A DNA stretch of 63,151 nucleotides, filler included, from Anaerolineae bacterium (GTDB lineage: Bacteria > Chloroflexota > Anaerolineae > B4-G1 > DUEL01), in the NCBI GenBank assembly GCA_041082215.1. It is 8 parts of 8 records of this genome, joined end to end, with 100 filler letters (N's around TTAATTAATTAA, not from the genome) between each part and the next. Parts side by side here need not be neighbours in the genome. Positions count along the whole stretch, not along the records: positions 54,491 to 61,646 come from JBDOIF010000032.1; positions 61,747 to 63,151 come from JBDOIF010000058.1; 6 more parts are not named here. One strand, written 5' to 3'. Under the pieces are notes generated by a model, which was given only the letters and a program-made list of their open reading frames with translations, did no database searches and was not told the DNA's origin. The position numbers and the translations under genes are program-made. Position 1 is the stretch's first letter, and each line of letters opens with the position of its first letter. Below are positions 57,408 to 63,151 of the stretch, in pieces.

Positions 57408-58502
57408 CTAAGCGCCAGCGTTGTAGGCCGCCGCGAGAGCCTCGTGGACGATCCTGCCATCCCGCACAGCCACGCCCCGCGCCAGGGCAGGCATCTGCTC
57501 GACTGCCCGGTCCAGCCCCACCTCGGCGATGTGCCGGATATAAGGCCAGGCGGCGTTGTTAAAGGCATGGGTGGAGGTGCGGGGCAGCACCCCGGGGGCG
57601 TTGGGGACGCAGAAATGGACCACCCCCTCCTCGATAAAGATGGGATCCCTCAGGGTAGTCGGGCGGCTGGTCTCCACGCACCCTCCCTGGTCTATACTGA
57701 AGTCGAGGATCACCGCTCCCTTCTTCATCGAGCGCACCATCTCCCGGGTAACGAGGATGGGGGCGCGGGCGCCCGGCACCAGCACTGCGCCGATAAGGAC
57801 CTCGACGAATCGGGCGACGCGGGCGATGTTGAAGGGGTAAGCGACCATGGTGGTCACCTGCCCGCGGAATAGCTCGTCAATGTAACGCAGCCTCTCCTGG
57901 TTGCGGTCCAGCATATACACGGCGGCCCCCAGGCCCAGGAAGGCCCGCGCGGCGTTGGTCCCCAGCACCCCTGCGCCGATGATGGCGACCCGTGCCGCCG
58001 GGATGCCCGGCACGCCGCTCAGGAGCACGCCGCGCCCGCCCCAGTTGCTCTGGAGGAAGGTGGCGGCAAGTTGCGGAGCCATCCGTCCGGCCACCTCGCT
58101 CATCGTCCTGAGCACCGGCAGGCTGCCGTCGTCCTCTTCGATCGTCTCGTAAGCGATAGCCGTCACTCTCTTTTCCAGAAGGGCCTGTACCGTATCCCGG
58201 CTGGCGGCAGCCAGATGAAGGAAGCCGCAGAGGATCTGCCCCTCGTGCAGCCACTCCAGCTCCTCCCTGGTCGGCCGGACCGCCTTGAGGACCATATCGG
58301 CGCGGCGGTAGGCCTCCTCGGTGGCATAGACGATCCGCCCGCCGGCCCGTTCATAGTCGTAATCGGTGAAACCCGCCTGCTCGCCAGCCCCCTTCTCCAC
58401 ATAGCAGATATGGCCTGCCTGGGTGAGCAACTGCACCCCATAGGGAGTCAGCCCCACCCGCATCTCCAGATCGCGTCGCTCTTTTGGAATGCCGATGTTC
58501 AT
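57408..58502 (-). CDS. ald: Alanine dehydrogenase-like protein
   Basis: IGIPKE...RVGLTP, FLHLAA, AYETI, MSEVAGR, IDQGGCVET; the KVKEP motif reads KAVRP. Confidence 0.8.
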   Translation of the reverse strand: MNIGIPKERRDLEMRVGLTPYGVQLLTQAGHICYVEKGAGEQAGFTDYDYERAGGRIVYATEEAYRRADMVLKAVRPTREELEWLHEGQILCGFLHLAAASRDTVQALLEKRVTAIAYETIEEDDGSLPVLRTMSEVAGRMAPQLAATFLQSNWGGRGVLLSGVPGIPAARVAIIGAGVLGTNAARAFLGLGAAVYMLDRNQERLRYIDELFRGQVTTMVAYPFNIARVARFVEVLIGAVLVPGARAPILVTREMVRSMKKGAVILDFSIDQGGCVETSRPTTLRDPIFIEEGVVHFCVPNAPGVLPRTSTHAFNNAAWPYIRHIAEVGLDRAVEQMPALARGVAVRDGRIVHEALAAAYNAGA

Positions 58503-58520
58503 AATGCACCCCCCATCTGC

Positions 58521-59021
58521 CTACTCGCTCTCCCGCGCCCGCACCAGAAGCACCGGACACGGTGCACCGCGCAACACCCGGTCCGTAACACTTCCATATA
58601 CCCAGCGGCTCACGCCGGAGAGGCCGTGGGAGCTCATCACAATCAGGTCCACTCCGAACTCTCCAGCGCAGCGGAGGATCTCCTCGGCCGGATTCCCCTC
58701 CCGCACCCAGTATTGTACCGAAGCACCGTACCCCCGCAACTGGTTGGCCACCCCACGCAGGTAGAGCTCCATCTGGGCCTTTGCCCTCGCCAGCGCCGTG
58801 GTGGAAAGCTGCATCCCCGGCGGGTAAGATGAGAGCAAAGCGACCGTCCGATCCCCCAACCCCGTACTCAAAACCGAAATCAGGTGAACCTGGGTCTCCC
58901 CTGGACGGACCAGCGCCCGGACGTGGGGCAGGACGCATTCGGCCAGCTCCGACCCATCCAGCGGCACCAGAATACACCGATGGGCTATCGGTTCAACAGC
59001 CGGTCGCTCCAGACGGCCCAT
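58521..59021 (-). CDS. Universal stress protein
   Basis: ILVPLDGSELAE, GNPAEEI, MSSHGLSG...GSVTDRVL. Confidence 0.88.
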   Translation of the reverse strand: MGRLERPAVEPIAHRCILVPLDGSELAECVLPHVRALVRPGETQVHLISVLSTGLGDRTVALLSSYPPGMQLSTTALARAKAQMELYLRGVANQLRGYGASVQYWVREGNPAEEILRCAGEFGVDLIVMSSHGLSGVSRWVYGSVTDRVLRGAPCPVLLVRARESE

Positions 59022-59056
59022 CTCCCCCCGGGTCCTGAAACCGGATACCCACGACG

Positions 59057-59533
59057 CTACTTCGGCGGCCGCACCCGCACCAGGAGCACAGGGCAGTTGG
59101 CCCCCCGCAGGACCTTGTCTGCCACGCTCCCGTAAACCCAACGGCTGAGCCCGGAGCGACCATGGGTACACAGCGCGATCAGGTCCGCCCCGATCTCTTC
59201 GGCGTACTGGAGGATCTCCTCTGCTGGCTGGCCGAAACGGACCACCGTGTGGATCTTCAGCGCTCCGGACTGTAGCCGTTTGGCCACTCCTTCCAGGTAT
59301 TCCCCCAGCTCTCGCTCGATCCGCTTCCGCTCCGCCGTCTCCATCGCCAGGAAGTCGGCTGTCATATAGAAGGGGTAGACCTCCACGGCGGGGGCCACTG
59401 TGGGCACCACCACCGGCGCGACAGAGAGCAGGTGGACCTCGCTATCCCGTCCGCGGACGATCTCCGCCACGTGCGGCAGCACCTGCTCGGCCAGTTCCGA
59501 CCCGTCCAGCAGAACGACGATTTTCCGGTACAT
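59057..59533 (-). CDS. Universal stress protein
   Basis: MYRKIVVLLDGSELAE, THGRSGLSRWVYGSVADKV. Confidence 0.9.
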   Translation of the reverse strand: MYRKIVVLLDGSELAEQVLPHVAEIVRGRDSEVHLLSVAPVVVPTVAPAVEVYPFYMTADFLAMETAERKRIERELGEYLEGVAKRLQSGALKIHTVVRFGQPAEEILQYAEEIGADLIALCTHGRSGLSRWVYGSVADKVLRGANCPVLLVRVRPPK

Positions 59534-59556
59534 CGCACCCTCCTGGCGGGCTGAGG

Positions 59557-60018
59557 TCACTCAACTGGAGATGAAGGATTGGGAGTGATCCTCTCCTCAA
59601 AGGTGGTTGGCCGTATGGTCTGAGCGATCGCCTGCAGTTCACCTGCCGCCCCGGTCAGGCTCCGATCGCCGGTCGCTTCCAGCTTCTCCAGCGCGGAGAG
59701 CAGATACATCCGCACCGTGGTCGGATCGGCGGCGGGGTCCAGCGCCGCATCCAGCAGGTCAACCGCCTCGGGCGCCATGCCACTGGCCGCCATCTCATCC
59801 CGTATCGCTGCGACGCGCGCCCGAGATTCCTGGCTCAATGCCCGGTCGCTCCCAATCGAATACCACCACGTGCCCTGGGCCAGCGTCAGACCGAGAAGAA
59901 CACAGGCCAATACGGTTGAGAGGGTCCCAATCAGGACAATACCGATGCGCCGCCCGCGTTTGGAACCACGGGGTCTCATCCCCGCGCCACCTGGCCCTGT
60001 CCCATTCAGTGAGGCCAT
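59557..60018 (-). CDS. Hypothetical membrane-anchored protein
   Basis: One TM helix; tightly packed in the operon. Confidence 0.55.
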   Translation of the reverse strand: MASLNGTGPGGAGMRPRGSKRGRRIGIVLIGTLSTVLACVLLGLTLAQGTWWYSIGSDRALSQESRARVAAIRDEMAASGMAPEAVDLLDAALDPAADPTTVRMYLLSALEKLEATGDRSLTGAAGELQAIAQTIRPTTFEERITPNPSSPVE

Positions 60019-60019
60019 C

Positions 60020-60580
60020 TCATGCCTCCGCCAGCATTGCCCCCCTGCGCAGAGCCTCTTTATTCAAATCCAGCAGTTTGCGATGTCGCTCCGGCAGATG
60101 GTTCTCGAGCGCCTGCTCCACCGCCTCCAGCGGCACCACGCCGGTGGCCTTCACCAGCGCCCCCAGACAGACCACGTTGGCCAGGCGGACGTTGCCCAGC
60201 TCTGTAGCCAGGTCGCTGGCAGGGACGTAGATCACACGAATATCCTCCCGTCCACTCCGCTGAGGGACCAGGGAGGAGTTGACCACCAGCACCCCTCCTG
60301 GCCTGACCAGCGGCTCGAACGCCTCCATTGAAGGGATGTTGAGGACAACCGCAGCGCTGGGCCGGCGGACCAGGGGGGAGCCGATCTCTTCGTCCGAGAC
60401 GACCACCGTGCAACGGGCCTTTCCGCCGCGCATCTCGGGGCCGTAGGAAGGGATCCAGGTGACGTGGAACCTCTCGTCCATCGCCGCGTAGGCCAGGAGC
60501 TGCCCGGCGAAGAGCGCCCCCTGACCGCCGAAACCGGAGAAGATGATCTCCTCCTGTACCTTCCGTTTCGCCTTCTGCAT
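60020..60580 (-). CDS. 2-oxoacid:ferredoxin oxidoreductase gamma subunit
   Basis: [19 protein letters not shown]. Confidence 0.92.
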   Translation of the reverse strand: MQKAKRKVQEEIIFSGFGGQGALFAGQLLAYAAMDERFHVTWIPSYGPEMRGGKARCTVVVSDEEIGSPLVRRPSAAVVLNIPSMEAFEPLVRPGGVLVVNSSLVPQRSGREDIRVIYVPASDLATELGNVRLANVVCLGALVKATGVVPLEAVEQALENHLPERHRKLLDLNKEALRRGAMLAEA

Positions 60581-60581
60581 C

Positions 60582-61373
60582 CTACTTTCCCTCCTCCAGC
60601 GCTCGCACCGCATCCGTCACTTTCGTATCCCCCAGCGGGAAGTAGGCCACCATATGCTCTTTGGCCCACTCCAGCGCTTCCACCGGCCCCATGTGCCAGT
60701 TGGTGTTACAGGTGGAGAGGATCTCCACCATCGAGAAGCCCAACCCGGCCAGTTGCGTCTGGAAGGCCAGCCTGATCGCCTTTTTGGTGCGCCGGATGCC
60801 CGGCACGTCCAGCACCGCCTGGCGGGTGACGTAGGCCGCGCCGGGAAGCATGCCGATCAGTTCGGCCATCTTCATCGGCCAGCCCGCTGTCTCCACATCC
60901 CGCCCGCGCGGGGAGGAGGTGGTGACCTGCCCGGGCAGGGTGGTGGGGGCCATCTGCCCGCCCGTCATCCCGTAGATGGCGTTGTTGACGAAGATGGTGG
61001 TGATGAGTTCTCCCCGGTTGGCGGTGTGGATGATCTCCGAGGTGCCGATGGCGGCGAGATCCCCATCGCCCTGGTAGGTGAAGACCACTTTGTCCGGGCT
61101 GACCCGTTTGATGCCGGTGGCCATCGCCGGGGCTCGCCCGTGGGCCGCCTCGCAGAAGTCCATATTGAAGTAGTCATACGCCAGCACCGCGCACCCAACC
61201 GGCGCCACGCCAATCGTCCGCTCCCGGACGCCCAGTTCGTCAATCACTTCGGCGATGAGCCGGTGGATGACCCCGTGGGTGCAGCCGGGGCAGTAGTGGG
61301 TGAATCGGGGCGTCAGGCTCTCCGGGTACTGGTAGACCAGCTCCATATCGGCTGGGATCTCAACAGTTGCCAT
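60582..61373 (-). CDS. 2-oxoacid:ferredoxin oxidoreductase beta (TPP-binding) subunit, Vor-like
   Basis: [41 protein letters not shown]. Confidence 0.92.
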   Translation of the reverse strand: MATVEIPADMELVYQYPESLTPRFTHYCPGCTHGVIHRLIAEVIDELGVRERTIGVAPVGCAVLAYDYFNMDFCEAAHGRAPAMATGIKRVSPDKVVFTYQGDGDLAAIGTSEIIHTANRGELITTIFVNNAIYGMTGGQMAPTTLPGQVTTSSPRGRDVETAGWPMKMAELIGMLPGAAYVTRQAVLDVPGIRRTKKAIRLAFQTQLAGLGFSMVEILSTCNTNWHMGPVEALEWAKEHMVAYFPLGDTKVTDAVRALEEGK

Positions 61374-61497
61374 TTCGCTCCTCCTGGGTTCTCCAGTTCT
61401 TGTCTATGGTGAGACCAGGCCCGTTTCAAAATGGAATACCTGTAGTTCTTCTGACGCAACTCTCCCACTCATTGAGAATTTCTATACCAACTGCCTC

Positions 61498-61646
61498 TTA
61501 TCTTGTTTCCGCGTCCAGTTCCTCCAGTTTGGGCAGAATCTCATCCGGCAGGGGGATGATGCCGCCCATGCGGCCGTAGAAGCGGACGGGGCAGCGGCCC
61601 TCCACCGCCAGCCGGACGTCCTCCAGCATCTGCCCGGCGTTCATCT
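61498..61646 (-). CDS. 2-oxoacid:ferredoxin oxidoreductase alpha subunit C-terminus (VorB-like, truncated)
   Basis: Reads [29 protein letters not shown]. Confidence 0.85.
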
Positions 61647-61746
61647 NNNNNNNNNNNNNNNNNNNNNNNNNNNNNNNNNNNNNNNNNNNNTTAATTAATT
61701 AANNNNNNNNNNNNNNNNNNNNNNNNNNNNNNNNNNNNNNNNNNNN

Positions 61747-61881
61747 CAATGCAGGGGCGCGCGGCGGTGCGCCCAATGCAGGGGCGCGCGGCGGTGCGCC
61801 AAATGCAGGGGCGCACGGCAATGCACCCAATGCAGGGGCGCACGGCAGTGCGCCCAATGCAGGGGCGCGCGGCGGTGCGCC
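61747..61881 (+). repeat. Five tandem 27-bp REP-derived units, in frame within the aldolase gene
   Basis: CAATGCAGGGGCGC(G/A)CGGC(G/A)(G/A)TGC(G/A)CC x5, encoding NAGA(R/H)G(G/N/S)AP. Confidence 0.85.
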
Positions 61882-63085
61882 CCTGGTCATCGCCGGATGC
61901 GGGGCTTCCGGGACCCCCGAGGCGCTGGCCCTGGCCCGGGATGCCAGAGAGGCCGGCGCCGATGCCATCCTGGTCGTCACTCCCTACTTCCTCCACCCGT
62001 CCGACAAGGAGGTCTACCAGCATTTCTACGACATCGCCACACAGGTGGACATCCCCCTGATTCTCTACAACATCCCTCAGGTAGTGGACGCCGTTCTCCC
62101 CCGTGAGGTGGTCGAGGACCTGGCTGATTTGCCCAACGTGGTCGGCCTGAAGGACTCCTCCGGCAACCTGACCTACACGATGGAGATCCTGGAGTACGCC
62201 GGAGACCGGATTGACGTCCTCATCGGCCACGATGAGGTGGTGGTGCCGGCTTTGGCCGGTGGAGTGCGAGGGATGATCCTGGCCAGCGCCCAGGTCTACC
62301 CCGAGGTCTGGCAGGAGGTGCTGCGGCTGGTCGAGGAGGGCCGCCTGGCGGAGGCCCGCGCCCTCCAGCGGAAGGTGCAGAAGCTTTCCCGCATCTTCTG
62401 TCGCTATGGAGGCGGCGTGGCGGTCAAAGCGGCCCTCAACATGATGGGGATCCCCGTAGGGAACCCACGTCGCCCGCTCAAGGCGGTCGGCGGGGCGCTC
62501 ATCCACGAGACCCGGGCGGAGATCCAGCTGGAGCTGGAGCGGCTGGGCAAGATTCAGGTGGAGGAGGAGCCCTTCGAGTACCCGGGCGGCCCGCTGGAGG
62601 CCCGCTTCGGCGACCTGGAGCTGACGCCGGAGGTCATCCGCGCCTATCACCTCCGCGTCGGCAGCGGCGCGGCAGGGGAGGGGCTGAACCGGGTGCAGTT
62701 GGACCTGGTCGCCGGGCGGAAGGGGACGCCGCTGGGGGAGGCCTACGCGCTCCAGTTGACCTATCCCCTTCACGGCCGGGAGGCGCTGACCACGATCCTG
62801 GAGCCAGGGCTGACAGTCCGCCCGTCCACCCTGCTTCTTCCGACGCTGCCACAGAAGAACCTCCGGCAGGCCAATATGATCTACGGCCCCACTCAGTCGG
62901 CGCTGGCCCGGGCCATCGTGGACGCGCTGGAGGCGGGGGCGATCCCGGAGTCGGCGGTGGACGAAGAGGTGATGATCGTCCTGGCGACGGTCCATCCCAA
63001 GGCACTGGACCGGCGCGCGCTCTATCACAGCGTCTATGAGGCCGCCCGCGCCGCCATCGCCCAGGCTTTCGTAGCGCAAGATTGA
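61748..63085 (+). CDS. DapA/NAL-family class I aldolase fused to an Fae-like domain (5' truncated)
   Basis: LVIAGCG...GADAILVVTPYF, LYNIP, VGLKDSSG (Schiff-base Lys); C-terminal 62651-63082 aligns with formaldehyde-activating enzyme (RQANMIYGPTQ, GAIP, TVHP, YEAARAAI). Confidence 0.85.
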   Translation, partial: NAGARGGAPNAGARGGAPNAGAHGNAPNAGAHGSAPNAGARGGAPLVIAGCGASGTPEALALARDAREAGADAILVVTPYFLHPSDKEVYQHFYDIATQVDIPLILYNIPQVVDAVLPREVVEDLADLPNVVGLKDSSGNLTYTMEILEYAGDRIDVLIGHDEVVVPALAGGVRGMILASAQVYPEVWQEVLRLVEEGRLAEARALQRKVQKLSRIFCRYGGGVAVKAALNMMGIPVGNPRRPLKAVGGALIHETRAEIQLELERLGKIQVEEEPFEYPGGPLEARFGDLELTPEVIRAYHLRVGSGAAGEGLNRVQLDLVAGRKGTPLGEAYALQLTYPLHGREALTTILEPGLTVRPSTLLLPTLPQKNLRQANMIYGPTQSALARAIVDALEAGAIPESAVDEEVMIVLATVHPKALDRRALYHSVYEAARAAIAQAFVAQD

Positions 63086-63108
63086 TCTTGCGCTACAAGG
63101 AGGACTCT

Positions 63109-63151
63109 ATGGGCTATAAAACTGAGTGGTTCCGGGGCATCTATCCCGCGC
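63109..63151 (+). CDS. Start of a probable second DapA-family protein
   Basis: AAGGAGG RBS; MGYKTEWFRGIYPA matches the F.G..PAL.TP DapA N-terminus; only 14 codons visible. Confidence 0.55.
   Translation, partial: MGYKTEWFRGIYPA

Noticed and set aside
61374..61497. AT-richer spacer with a 22-codon ORF between the oxidoreductase alpha and beta genes
   Set aside because: Too short, with no clear RBS or homology; cannot be supported as a gene
62045..62560. Calling the aldolase dapA (true dihydrodipicolinate synthase)
   Set aside because: It lacks the conserved Arg after YNxP and carries an extra domain; only family-level assignment is justified

Overview
GC-rich bacterial draft or metagenome-assembled sequence; gene content and protein style suggest Chloroflexota/Anaerolineae (inference). 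It is eight unlinked contigs joined by artificial 100-nt N44-TTAATTAATTAA-N44 spacers. Contig 1 (1-17067): three M42 peptidases split by a toxin-antitoxin (TA) pair, a cooS-cooF-vapBC-fdhF-FeS-FeS cluster, MarR/ABC, tRNA-Gln and a WYL regulator. Contig 2: dnaK-grpE-dnaJ-htrA, tRNA-Val, the nusA-infB operon, rplU-rpmA-rpmE-tdk-hpt-hpt. Contig 3: an LTD-PLD protein, a glycosylation cluster with an intein-containing epimerase, and a secreted gene pair. Smaller contigs: an IS481-like element, gNOR-like heme-copper oxidase fragments, ald/USP/2-oxoacid:ferredoxin oxidoreductase genes, and a DapA-family aldolase fused to an Fae-like domain. Top leads: (1) a natural CO dehydrogenase-formate dehydrogenase cluster bracketed by 83-bp inverted repeats and a 9/10-bp direct repeat, i.e. 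a candidate mobile CO:formate module; (2) RNA polymerase alpha-CTD-like domains fused to both ribosomal protein L31 and NusA; (3) the aldolase-Fae fusion; (4) a LAGLIDADG intein splitting the catalytic YxxxK motif of an epimerase; (5) REP-like palindromes sitting in frame inside genes. All family calls come from motif recognition; no searches were run.
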